From positions 1 to 64,000 of IMG/VR virus record IMGVR_UViG_3300009149_000023: a stretch of DNA of 64,000 nt; one strand, given 5' to 3'. The DNA is from a virus. Within the stretch, counting starts at the first letter, position 1. Each line of letters opens with the position of its first letter. The notes below the pieces were generated by a model. It saw nothing but the letters and a program-made list of their open reading frames with translations, did not search any database and was not told the DNA's origin. This document shows, one piece after another, positions 9,640 to 18,917 of the stretch. The translations under genes were made by a program, and so were the position numbers.

Positions 9640-10482
9640 CTAAGCTTGTTCGAAATCTGATCCAGTGAATGCTGAAACCATATCACCAAAACTGGCTGCG
9701 GTATCTGCTATCTCAGATGCTGCAAAAACTTGTTGTGCTATAAAGATTCCTTCGCATACTACAACGCAAGTAGCAGCTACTGTACCGACGCCTGCTGCCA
9801 TAGCAACTACGCCCACAACACTTAATACAACGGGAAGGTTTTGAATCCCCAATCTTTGAAATAGTTGATTGAAGTAATTAAGAACGGGGGAAATGAAGCT
9901 CCAAAGTGTTTTTAGGACTTTTAAAGTGAACATAAGGACAGGTTTTACTAGGTCCCACAATACTCCTGCTATTGCTTTTAGTACTTCTCCTCCTTTTGCT
10001 AACACATCTTTGAAACCTTCTAACAAGTTCTTACCAGTACCCTCCTTAAACATTTTATTCATTTCATCATGAAATTTTTCTAACTGCGTAACTAGTTTCT
10101 TTTGTTCCGCAGCTTGTTCCTTACCAAAGGTTCCTAACAACACAATTGTTGCCGATAGATATGCGATCCTATCGTTAATAGTCATATCTTCTTGTGTGAA
10201 GTTAATTAAGTCAATTGTTTTAACATCTTTCGCTTTCTTATCTATTTTCTTAAGACTAGAGTTAAGATCAGAATCAAATTTAGAAGCAAAGCGTCTGACA
10301 TTCTTTTTAAACTTAGGGTCAACATTCTTTGCATTAGCGACAAAATCTAATACCATACAGAGGATAGCAACACTTTCCTCAAGTTTCTTAGAAGGAGTAT
10401 TTTCCTTGTAAAGAGCATCTATAATCTTTTTCATATCAGGATCTGTTTTTCTACCAAACAGTTCTTTTAAGTCGACTTGCAT
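9640..10482 (-). CDS. Membrane-segment protein, possible internal head/ejection protein
   Basis: Start moved to ATG 10482 (RBS GGAGGA); NLLEG site; amphipathic helices and hydrophobic LPVVLSVVGVVAMAAGVGTVAATCVVV. Confidence 0.55.
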   Translation of the reverse strand: MQVDLKELFGRKTDPDMKKIIDALYKENTPSKKLEESVAILCMVLDFVANAKNVDPKFKKNVRRFASKFDSDLNSSLKKIDKKAKDVKTIDLINFTQEDMTINDRIAYLSATIVLLGTFGKEQAAEQKKLVTQLEKFHDEMNKMFKEGTGKNLLEGFKDVLAKGGEVLKAIAGVLWDLVKPVLMFTLKVLKTLWSFISPVLNYFNQLFQRLGIQNLPVVLSVVGVVAMAAGVGTVAATCVVVCEGIFIAQQVFAASEIADTAASFGDMVSAFTGSDFEQA

Positions 10483-10498
10483 CACTATCCTCCAAGAT

Positions 10499-12295
10499 TT
10501 AAGCTGTCGCTGTGGCGCTAGGACCACCAGATGTGAGAACGGGGCTAATGCCGCCAAGAGTTGAGCTTCCATTAACTACCAAGTTACCATCGATTGTTAC
10601 ATTACCTTCGTTGATTATGTTAGGAGCCTTTATCTTAATGGTATCGGGAGCTTCTATCAAAGCATTCCCTGTTGCCATGTTAAAGATAAGTTTATGAGCT
10701 GTTGTTCCTGACTTTAGCTCAATGATTTGATTTTGCTCATCAAGTCTTAACTGATGACCTGCTGCTGTTATAGCAGTAATGACGCTGTCCTTCTCACTAA
10801 TTTCTATCATATGCTCACTAGGAGTCATTAATCTTATAAAGCCATCATCTTCATGAGCATTCATATAAAACACATAGCCTTCAGGTAATTGTACTTGAGC
10901 ATACTTCTTGTCTTCATGCTCATTCATTTCAAATCTATATTCTGTAGGTGTCTGCATTTTAATGAACTTATCATCATCATGATCATTTATATAAAAATAA
11001 GAACCTGCCGGGGTTTGAAGTTGGATATACTTCTTATCATCATGCTCGTTCATTTCAAATCTATAGTTAGTGGAAGTAAGCACTTTAATAAATCTATCGT
11101 CGTCATGTGTATTCATAAAGAATAAGTAATTCTCATCTGTTTGCATTTGAATAAACTTTTTATCGTCATGTGTACACAATTCAACACGATAGCCTTTTAG
11201 AGGATCACCTTTCTGATCAACCTCATCCTCTATGCCACCTTGGTCTGAGTCAGGTTCATCGATAGCTAAGTATTTAACTCGATCTTTAGGATCCTCTTGA
11301 CCTATCTTCATATCAGGATCTTTCGTTCTTTCAGACCCTCTGATGCCATTGCCACCTTTAATCCTAATAGTAGATTCTTGTCCGCCTTTGTTTACCCAAG
11401 AACCTTTCTGTCCACCTTTACCGCCACCGAGAGCATTATCTTCGTTTGTCTCATCTTCATTATTATCTTTGTTTTCTCTAGGCTGCCCTTGCTCATCTTC
11501 AGCAGCTTCAAAGCCTTCTCCAATAGGCCCTTTATCTGAGCCAAAAGGTTTAGGCGCATCTTCTCTAGGAGCCCACAGTTCAATATTCTTTCTATCTTTG
11601 TGCTCGTTAACTTCCAAAAAGAAGTTTATGTAAGATCGAAGCATTAAGCGTTCGTTATTGTCTGAAAGAAGAATTCTATGACCATGTGGTGTCTTCATAA
11701 GATAAAATTCTTTCTCTGGTGAGCATTTATTCTTTACTTCTTGTATAGTTGTATGTTTTATAGAGTTAATGCCGAAAGGCAGATACCTACACTGATTAGG
11801 ATCACCATCTTCAAACATTACAAGTATAAAAGCATTTCTGGCAGGAACAGCAAATGAGCCAAAGTCATCATATACTTTTTGATCTTTTCTAGCATTAGGG
11901 TCTTGCTTACCATCAGCCATTTCTTCTGAAGATTGGTGAGGCTGAGGTTTAACTTCTTCACCTAAGACTTTAGTTCCTGATTCTTCTTTAGTGTCAGAAC
12001 CTTCTGTTATCTTATTTCCAAGTAGTTTACCAGCATCACAAACTTTACTTGTATTCTGACTTCCATATAAAAATACAGGATAAGCATATATACCAACAGT
12101 CTCTTCAATGTCCATCATAAGTTCAGGAATGTATACTTCAATTCTGCCTTCTCGCTCTAAAGGCTCATTACCTTCCTTCTCTTCGTGATTGTTTAAAACC
12201 TTAGCTTTATACAGGCCGAAGTATCGCTTTTGCTCCCATCCAGACAGTAAGAAGTTTTTTCTATAGTCTTGGTTATCATCATCACGCCAATTCAT
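10499..12295 (-). CDS. Baseplate central spike/hub, gp5/VgrG-like
   Basis: N-terminal OB fold YFGLYKAKVLNN...EGRIEVYIPEL, VPARNAFILVMFEDGDPNQCRYL, KTPHGHRILLSD; beta repeats; C-terminal NVTIDGNLVVNG. Confidence 0.8.
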   Translation of the reverse strand: MNWRDDDNQDYRKNFLLSGWEQKRYFGLYKAKVLNNHEEKEGNEPLEREGRIEVYIPELMMDIEETVGIYAYPVFLYGSQNTSKVCDAGKLLGNKITEGSDTKEESGTKVLGEEVKPQPHQSSEEMADGKQDPNARKDQKVYDDFGSFAVPARNAFILVMFEDGDPNQCRYLPFGINSIKHTTIQEVKNKCSPEKEFYLMKTPHGHRILLSDNNERLMLRSYINFFLEVNEHKDRKNIELWAPREDAPKPFGSDKGPIGEGFEAAEDEQGQPRENKDNNEDETNEDNALGGGKGGQKGSWVNKGGQESTIRIKGGNGIRGSERTKDPDMKIGQEDPKDRVKYLAIDEPDSDQGGIEDEVDQKGDPLKGYRVELCTHDDKKFIQMQTDENYLFFMNTHDDDRFIKVLTSTNYRFEMNEHDDKKYIQLQTPAGSYFYINDHDDDKFIKMQTPTEYRFEMNEHEDKKYAQVQLPEGYVFYMNAHEDDGFIRLMTPSEHMIEISEKDSVITAITAAGHQLRLDEQNQIIELKSGTTAHKLIFNMATGNALIEAPDTIKIKAPNIINEGNVTIDGNLVVNGSSTLGGISPVLTSGGPSATATA

Positions 12296-12382
12296 TAGTA
12301 ACCCTCCAAAGGAAAAAGCACAACATAAAAAACTTATGTGTGTATAACGTAGATATATATCTGAACTTGACTACCTGAAAGA

Positions 12383-13237
12383 TTAAAGTTGCTTGTAGAT
12401 CTCTTTTGTCAGCTCTTTGAATGCTGCAAAGTTATATTTCTTCATACCATCATCAAACAAATCGTACGAGTTTGTTTTAATACAGTACAGTAATGCTAAC
12501 AGGTATGAAGGCCTTTCAACATAAAATAACGTCTTTGGTTTAAACTTAGCATAGGAAAATAGCTGTTGAATAGTTTCGTTTTTATGAAGGAACTCAAACT
12601 CCTTAAATTCCTTAACTAGTTTGTTAATATCATCTAGTTTTAGTTTCTCTAGTTTATCTTTAGCTTCATCATATACAACAGCATCGAAATGCATGAGATA
12701 TTTCTTTAACTTAGCATACTTGATAGGCGCGTGGTCTGGATCAAGAATGGTGTCAATGATGTACTTCTTAACTAAAATTTCAAATAACGCAACCTCTTGC
12801 TTCTGACTGGTTACTATTTTAGCTCTAAGACCTACCTCTCTATAGTAAAAAGAGAATAAGTAAGTTAAAAGGAAGTCATTCATTTTAGGTGTGATAAGTT
12901 GCGGCTTGTTATGAAATGTTTCAAATATTAAACCAAAAGTTATATGAAGGAATATTTTCTTAAGCAAAGCACTTGAAGAAGTTTCGTCACTTAAAAGCTT
13001 CTGTACCTGCATTAAGATAACAACTTTGCCACCATCTACTGCAACATCTAAATAGGGTTCTTTATCGGTTACACCTATGACAACCTTCTTACCTATCTTT
13101 GCGTTGAACAAAGGTATCAATTTTGTTTCACCTGAAACACGTGCTTGAGTTTCAAATATTGTTTTTATCAATTGAAAGTTAGGGTCATTCGGGTTTAAAA
13201 GTGTGTACGGGGTCTTAGGTAACATCTTAATCAACAC
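12383..13237 (-). CDS. Hypothetical protein
   Basis: 284 aa ORF, RBS GGAGGA, TTG/GTG start. Confidence 0.6.
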   Translation of the reverse strand: MLIKMLPKTPYTLLNPNDPNFQLIKTIFETQARVSGETKLIPLFNAKIGKKVVIGVTDKEPYLDVAVDGGKVVILMQVQKLLSDETSSSALLKKIFLHITFGLIFETFHNKPQLITPKMNDFLLTYLFSFYYREVGLRAKIVTSQKQEVALFEILVKKYIIDTILDPDHAPIKYAKLKKYLMHFDAVVYDEAKDKLEKLKLDDINKLVKEFKEFEFLHKNETIQQLFSYAKFKPKTLFYVERPSYLLALLYCIKTNSYDLFDDGMKKYNFAAFKELTKEIYKQL

Positions 13238-13246
13238 TATTCCTCC

Positions 13247-13648
13247 TTATATAGAAACTTCTGCGTCTACTGTATGGAAAATATCTGTAGATTCATACAA
13301 TGCTAGAACATCATTCACTCTTGCTGACTCAGGAACTTTAATTGTTTCTGTTTTAAAGTCAAGCATAGAGAACATATCATTTACATATAATAGTATAAAG
13401 TAATAGCCGGGATCGCTATACGTATCATAACAAAACAGATCGGGTCTGTAATGATAGCCTGTGTCAAGCTGTATAGATTTTGCTGATTCAAGCAAGTATA
13501 CTTTGTTTCTATCAAGTACACCCATTAAAGGAGAAGGTATAATTAAATCATACTCAGAAAAATAGTACATCTTCCTGTAACGACTTTGCTTGTATCTTAC
13601 AAACTTGTTAGCAGAAACAGAGCTATTAATATTATTTGTTACCTGCAT
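13247..13648 (-). CDS. Baseplate wedge protein, gp53/LysM-like
   Basis: YHYRPDLFCYDTYSDPGYYFILLYVN...IKVP matches the gp53/tail-X RPD..S...YG....W..IL..N pattern. Confidence 0.75.
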   Translation of the reverse strand: MQVTNNINSSVSANKFVRYKQSRYRKMYYFSEYDLIIPSPLMGVLDRNKVYLLESAKSIQLDTGYHYRPDLFCYDTYSDPGYYFILLYVNDMFSMLDFKTETIKVPESARVNDVLALYESTDIFHTVDAEVSI

Positions 13649-14366
13649 CGGGATCCTCCTCAGGCTTATCTTCTATAAGTAATTGATCTGGATCTGGTTT
13701 ATATGCACCTTTTAGCCATGACTCAGATGCATGCTCAATCCCTATTTCAGATAGTTTATTAACAACTATTTGAATATCAGGAGACATGTTTAAATTCTGC
13801 GTCAGGAACTTCCACTCACCTCTAATCAACTCAATAGGAATGTCAAGAAAACCATTATGGTATTTCTCATGTAGTGTTTTAACTAAAGGCACATAACCTA
13901 CTTTATCTGCAAAGTGTAAACCAATTACAATCTGCGCAACATCAAATGTTGAAAACTTTTCCTTTTCTTGCATTAATGTATCTGTAACCATACAACATAC
14001 ATTAAATAAAGAAATAGGATGGTGATGGATTTCGATACTGCATTCTTCGTTAGTTTCATGTGTTAGTACACATTCAGTTACATTCATCTCAGTTCTAAGG
14101 TATTTAGTCCAGTTTCTGTATTCCGGGGCAGTCCTGACCATCTTCTCAACAGCCTTAATAAAATATTTATAATCATTAACAGTGTAGAAGAAATTCTTTT
14201 TTAGTTCTAAGTTAAACTGACTTTCTTCGATCTTGAAAACAGGATTAGCAGTATCAGCTGCAATATCTTTAATTGATGGTTTGATTATTTCTGCAGTTTC
14301 TGTAACATCTGTGAAGTCTTCCTTTACTTCATCGTCTACGAAAGCTCTTTCTATTTTCTTTCCCAT
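13632..14366 (-). CDS. HNH-like conserved phage protein
   Basis: CVLT...IEIHHHP...VPLVKTLHEKYH, His-Me-finger-like spacing. Confidence 0.5.
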   Translation of the reverse strand: MGKKIERAFVDDEVKEDFTDVTETAEIIKPSIKDIAADTANPVFKIEESQFNLELKKNFFYTVNDYKYFIKAVEKMVRTAPEYRNWTKYLRTEMNVTECVLTHETNEECSIEIHHHPISLFNVCCMVTDTLMQEKEKFSTFDVAQIVIGLHFADKVGYVPLVKTLHEKYHNGFLDIPIELIRGEWKFLTQNLNMSPDIQIVVNKLSEIGIEHASESWLKGAYKPDPDQLLIEDKPEEDPDAGNK

Positions 14367-14397
14367 TTTAGTACCCTCCTAGGAAAATTATTCTGAA

Positions 14398-14625
14398 TTA
14401 ACGTATACCTTCTTGAATTTTACAGATCCATGCATCGTCCACCTTTACTCTAACGTGTGGAAGAAGCTTTGTAAAATTATTATTATCAACTGGCATTGCG
14501 AATATGTATTTTCGTGTTTCATTATCAATAGGATCTATTACTTCTTGTTCATGTACAACATATTGTTTGTCGTTATAGGTGAACTTGTCACCATTACATA
14601 ACATCCAAAAAGCAATTTCTTTCAT
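14398..14625 (-). CDS. Small hypothetical protein
   Basis: RBS GAGGG; F..L..G.KF.Y..K.YV start shared with the neighbouring ORF. Confidence 0.55.
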   Translation of the reverse strand: MKEIAFWMLCNGDKFTYNDKQYVVHEQEVIDPIDNETRKYIFAMPVDNNNFTKLLPHVRVKVDDAWICKIQEGIR

Positions 14626-14646
14626 TTATTATCCCTCACTAAAACT

Positions 14647-15018
14647 TTAACTTTGGTAGTCTTCCTCAGCCTCTTGTCCTAATACAGTAAAGACCCTATA
14701 TTCGCTAGGATCGTATCGAAACTTTTTAAGAAGTTCATCATTAACTAATATTTGATAAGAATTACCTAGCCATGTTATGTGAACAACACCAAATGTATGT
14801 CTGTGGTCTGTTGAGAATGTAAATCTTTGCAGTTGACATAATTTAGTACATTCCTCAATACTGCCTCCCCATAACTCAGCAGGTATAGCTATAGGTATAT
14901 AACGATACTCTGTAGAAGTAGCTGAAACAGTAGCCCTTATTTGAAACTTTACATAAACTCTATCTTTATAGTGAAACTTTACACCTTCGTCTAAATGAGC
15001 AAATTCTAAATAAGCCAC
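14647..15018 (-). CDS. Hypothetical protein
   Basis: GTG start with RBS GGAGG; FAHLDEGVKFHYKDRVYV. Confidence 0.55.
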   Translation of the reverse strand: MAYLEFAHLDEGVKFHYKDRVYVKFQIRATVSATSTEYRYIPIAIPAELWGGSIEECTKLCQLQRFTFSTDHRHTFGVVHITWLGNSYQILVNDELLKKFRYDPSEYRVFTVLGQEAEEDYQS

Positions 15019-15031
15019 AAATTATTACCTC

Positions 15032-16180
15032 CTAGATAGGCTCGTAATAATAAATACTAATAAAGTCATCCTTTTTAATCGGAACGTACAAGCTAATAGT
15101 AGAAGGATCTTTTACTTTGTATTCTCTATCTTCACTCATAATACCCCAATAACTCATAACAGTTATTTTTCTATTACCGATAGGTTCAGGTAAGGTTACA
15201 TCGTAAGGAGCAGTAATGTCGCTATGGTCTACAGTGATTGGTATGTTATATGATTTTTGGAATTCATAGGTAATTTGACCATCTTGGATAATAGAGTCTC
15301 CAATCTTAATCGTATTTACTCCAGGAGTTCTTTCATCGCCCGGGCCTACATACCATTCATAGAATCCTGTATCTATTTGTCCGTTAATAACAATAGACTT
15401 TTTAAACTCATCAACACGCCAATCAGTCTTTAAAACTATATAGGCAGGCAGTTCTATATCCCACTCGAATGTCATGTTAATTCTATAGTCAGGCTTTTCA
15501 GATCCACCATACCATGTTGTTCCATCGGATATAGATGTTAGTCTGATCATAGGTGAACTATTAACAGGGAATACATAATACTGCTGGTCTACACTTCTTA
15601 TAAGTTTTTGATCAAGTTCGGTCTGACTCCAATCAAGAGTATAGTGTTGTCCTGTTGATTCGTTTACATAATCATAAGTAATCATTTCTGTTGGGATCTG
15701 TAATTGTGTAGTGAATTCAGGAAGTATAAACCATTTGTCAGTATCGAACCATTGCATAGTAGCAAATTGATAGTCATGCGCTTCAGGACTTGAATGAGCA
15801 ATAAGTATAACTTCAGAAGTTCCCATAAACCTTTCAAATATAGGAGTAATCTGTACATGGTCGTCTTCATACATTTTCTCATATAAAGTAGACGCAAAGT
15901 AGTAAGCATTTCTTTTAGAATGCTTCCATGTATGATTTGTTTTCTCATCTATCTTACTAAGAGTAAAGTTTCCTGAGAGTAACGGCAATACTGGAGCATC
16001 CAAGTTTCTTGTTTTATAATCAAGCAAGTATTGTAGAGACTTTGTATAGTTTCCGCAAACTACTGTCTCTATAGAATTGTGGCACACCTGTTGAGACATA
16101 TAATTTAGAAAATGTCTGATATACGAACTAAGGTGTATATGAGGTCTAATATTTTGAGTATAAAAGGTTTCAACTGGCAT
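15032..16180 (-). CDS. Putative tail completion/terminator-like structural protein
   Basis: 382 aa, alternating beta strands (RINMTFEWDIELPAYI), C-terminal beta-sandwich like 732..1070; function inferred from context. Confidence 0.4.
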   Translation of the reverse strand: MPVETFYTQNIRPHIHLSSYIRHFLNYMSQQVCHNSIETVVCGNYTKSLQYLLDYKTRNLDAPVLPLLSGNFTLSKIDEKTNHTWKHSKRNAYYFASTLYEKMYEDDHVQITPIFERFMGTSEVILIAHSSPEAHDYQFATMQWFDTDKWFILPEFTTQLQIPTEMITYDYVNESTGQHYTLDWSQTELDQKLIRSVDQQYYVFPVNSSPMIRLTSISDGTTWYGGSEKPDYRINMTFEWDIELPAYIVLKTDWRVDEFKKSIVINGQIDTGFYEWYVGPGDERTPGVNTIKIGDSIIQDGQITYEFQKSYNIPITVDHSDITAPYDVTLPEPIGNRKITVMSYWGIMSEDREYKVKDPSTISLYVPIKKDDFISIYYYEPI

Positions 16181-16192
16181 TGTTACTCTCCA

Positions 16193-16672
16193 TCATATTT
16201 TGAATTTTTCAAACTCAATTTCAGCTCCGACACTTTTAACAACTTTCTTCTGACTAGTTGCGTCTATAAAATGTCTTTCGCAGTGTACATATAAATCATG
16301 CTCTCGTAGGAACATATACAGCTGCACTTTCTGCAAAAAATCACCATTAGGTGTTTTAGTTTTACCTAAAGTGATCGTTTCATTTGAGAAGAGTAAACAC
16401 TCTTTATTCCTGATGTGTTTGAATTGGTTGGTGATTTTAAGATGTTGTGACTCTACTGAATCGAGTAATAAGTTCTGTGCTACAAAGATAGAATCATTCA
16501 CATTATCGTATTTCCTGAATACGAATCTACCTGTCACTTCTTTAATTGCTCTATTGTCAAGATCAATGTCTATGTAAGAGTTTGAACGGTGAAACTTTAC
16601 ATCTAATCCTAACAAGTCACTTCCTACTTGAACCGCAAGTTTGTACGTCCTTGGAAAACTAAAAAATCTCAT
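16193..16672 (-). CDS. Hypothetical protein, first gene of leftward operon
   Basis: Start moved to ATG 16672 (RBS AAGGAGG). Confidence 0.6.
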   Translation of the reverse strand: MRFFSFPRTYKLAVQVGSDLLGLDVKFHRSNSYIDIDLDNRAIKEVTGRFVFRKYDNVNDSIFVAQNLLLDSVESQHLKITNQFKHIRNKECLLFSNETITLGKTKTPNGDFLQKVQLYMFLREHDLYVHCERHFIDATSQKKVVKSVGAEIEFEKFKI

Positions 16673-16720
16673 TAAAGTAAACCCTCCTTGATGCAACATG
16701 AATAAACGTATGGTACTACA

Positions 16721-16737
16721 TCAATTGTTGTGTTTTT
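16721..16737 (-). promoter_or_regulatory. Candidate phage-RNAP promoter motif AAAAACACAACAATTGA
   Basis: Intergenic, sense to the leftward operon; 26/27 nt identical to the copy at 32994-33020. Confidence 0.65.
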
Positions 16738-16819
16738 ACATGTGTGAGAAAAACTCTTAAAATTTAAAAATGTAGAGTACTACTTATACATATGAGTATC
16801 TTTAAAGGAGTGTTCCTAT

Positions 16820-17869
16820 ATGGCTACTATTGTTATAGACCCTACGTATACTATCTCTGCATCTTCCTCAACTGCATCTAACTTAGCAGCACCTACAACA
16901 ACAGCAGGTGCAACAACTATACATCAGCATGGAGGATTAGCTTATGTAACAAGTACATCAGCCACCACAACTAATTATGGTTATTCACTATGGACAGACG
17001 ATATGGGCGGAGGTAGCCTTGCTCCTATAGATGCTGCTAATGAAGCTACCATAAAAATGCAAAGAGATATATATGACTACTACAATGAAAGAGACATGGT
17101 TTATAAATTTATGTATGAACCAGAATGGGGACGAATGCATGAAGATGGTGCTGTTAGGTTTAACTATCATGCTTTTACAGGATGGACAGACTTAGAAGCT
17201 ATAATAGACGAAAAGAATGAGATGTTAAGATTTGCTTTTTACAAGAATAGAGGATGGAAGGACGAGGAGGCTAAAGCAGATGCGAGTGTAAAAATCAATC
17301 TTGCTTATCACAGACACAACGAATGGAAAGATTTAGATTGGTATAAAGAAACAAATCATACTATGTTAATTACAGGATTGTCTGAATGCTTAGAATTTGA
17401 AGATTGTGACGCTCTTCGTGACATGGTTGACTTTGTACTTACAAAGGTAATAACTGAGAATAGAGGGTTAAGCACAACGATGCTTTCAGTATTATATCAA
17501 ATAATGGAAAAGATGGACAAAGCATTCATAAAGGTACTCCTGTTTAAAAATTATGGTGAAGCTAGCGAGGAGATAAGAACAATTCTTGCATGCATTGTAG
17601 AAGACGCTGCTAGCCCTTTTAAAGATTCAGATAGGCTTATGTTAGGTCAAATAGGATTACAGAAATGGTTAAAGCTAAAGGAACACGCAGATAAATATGC
17701 AAAAGTCTATGCTCCTTATATACCAGTACAGACATGGACTAAATCACAGCTAACCTATTGCGGGACAACAGCAGGGGCGCAACAAATTACTAATAGCACA
17801 ACAGTCAGAAAACCTGATGCTTTTGCTACACTGGATATAGCAAAATCTTGGTTAAAAGGAAATAACTAA
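16820..17869 (+). CDS. Hypothetical protein with Thr/Ala/Ser-rich N-terminus
   Basis: 349 aa, RBS AAAGGAG. Confidence 0.6.
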   Translation: MATIVIDPTYTISASSSTASNLAAPTTTAGATTIHQHGGLAYVTSTSATTTNYGYSLWTDDMGGGSLAPIDAANEATIKMQRDIYDYYNERDMVYKFMYEPEWGRMHEDGAVRFNYHAFTGWTDLEAIIDEKNEMLRFAFYKNRGWKDEEAKADASVKINLAYHRHNEWKDLDWYKETNHTMLITGLSECLEFEDCDALRDMVDFVLTKVITENRGLSTTMLSVLYQIMEKMDKAFIKVLLFKNYGEASEEIRTILACIVEDAASPFKDSDRLMLGQIGLQKWLKLKEHADKYAKVYAPYIPVQTWTKSQLTYCGTTAGAQQITNSTTVRKPDAFATLDIAKSWLKGNN

Positions 17870-17873
17870 ACTA

Positions 17874-18320
17874 ATGAAAAGTCAATCAATAATCTGTAAC
17901 ATTTGTAAACAATGTTGCTTAAACAGCAAAGCTGTTATTAGTCACTTAGTTCATAATCATCTTACACCTGCGTCATTAATGAAAATTACTATTGAGGACG
18001 ATTCCGAATTTCATGTGGTAGAGGTCACTAATTTAGATCTTGATGCTATTAACACACAAGCTAACCTTGCTACAACATTATTAAGTGGACAAAAGGCTGA
18101 AGGTAACACTTTAATAATAAATAAAGATCACGTATATACAGTAGAGGATACAGGATTAATAGTTTTGTGTTATTATCCACAAACTAATACAGCTATTTCT
18201 TTAGACAAGAAAGATGTTCCTGTATTATTAGAATCCTTACACGCAGTTATAGCCAAAGAGAATTCTATTAGAATTCAAAAATTAGCGAGCTTTACTTCAT
18301 TAGCTCGAAAGGTAGGTTGA
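17874..18320 (+). CDS. C2H2 zinc-finger-containing protein
   Basis: CNIC...HLVHNH at N-terminus. Confidence 0.55.
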   Translation: MKSQSIICNICKQCCLNSKAVISHLVHNHLTPASLMKITIEDDSEFHVVEVTNLDLDAINTQANLATTLLSGQKAEGNTLIINKDHVYTVEDTGLIVLCYYPQTNTAISLDKKDVPVLLESLHAVIAKENSIRIQKLASFTSLARKVG

Positions 18321-18321
18321 C

Positions 18322-18597
18322 ATGGACAAGTTTATTGGTATCATAGAAAGGCTACAATCTTCTAAAACAATAGCATTAGAAGATATTCGTAGCTTTACAG
18401 ACATTGTTGAAAATAGTTTAAGCATGGCTGTAGATTCTTTAGAAACAGCCAGAACAAGAGAAGCGATGATCTTTTCAGAATTCTTAGACAAACATTCCGA
18501 AAGAAAAATCACAATAACTGAGTTTTTAAAAACAATGAAAGTTACTAAGGATGTTAAAGCAGTATTCAGAGATTTTGTAAATGAGGTTAAAAAATGA
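18322..18597 (+). CDS. Hypothetical protein
   Basis: 91 aa ORF tightly packed in operon. Confidence 0.55.
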   Translation: MDKFIGIIERLQSSKTIALEDIRSFTDIVENSLSMAVDSLETARTREAMIFSEFLDKHSERKITITEFLKTMKVTKDVKAVFRDFVNEVKK

Positions 18598-18917
18598 CTC
18601 AAGTACGTTCCTTTTTCTGCATGTTTTCAACATTTTTTCGTCTGATAGGGATAGGCATTGCTGCCTTTATTGTTCTTTATGTAATAATGAGTTCAGGTTT
18701 TAATCAATGGATGGAGGTTAACCCTTTTGATTCTCAAATGATAAACACGATATTCTGGATAAGTATTTTCAATATCATGTTTATACTCGGACCGAGCTTT
18801 TTACTAATATATGATTTGTTTTATCAAACCAATTCAGAAACGTTTGCTAAAGCACATGAGCATGCACAACAAATTGTAGAAAAAGTACTCTCAACAAAAG
18901 ATGATGAAACAAAATGA
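18594..18917 (+). CDS. Two-TM membrane protein (holin-like topology)
   Basis: LIGIGIAAFIVLYVIM and IFWISIFNIMFILGPSFLLIY, charged C-tail; overlaps the SLT-like gene. Confidence 0.5.
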   Translation: MTQVRSFFCMFSTFFRLIGIGIAAFIVLYVIMSSGFNQWMEVNPFDSQMINTIFWISIFNIMFILGPSFLLIYDLFYQTNSETFAKAHEHAQQIVEKVLSTKDDETK

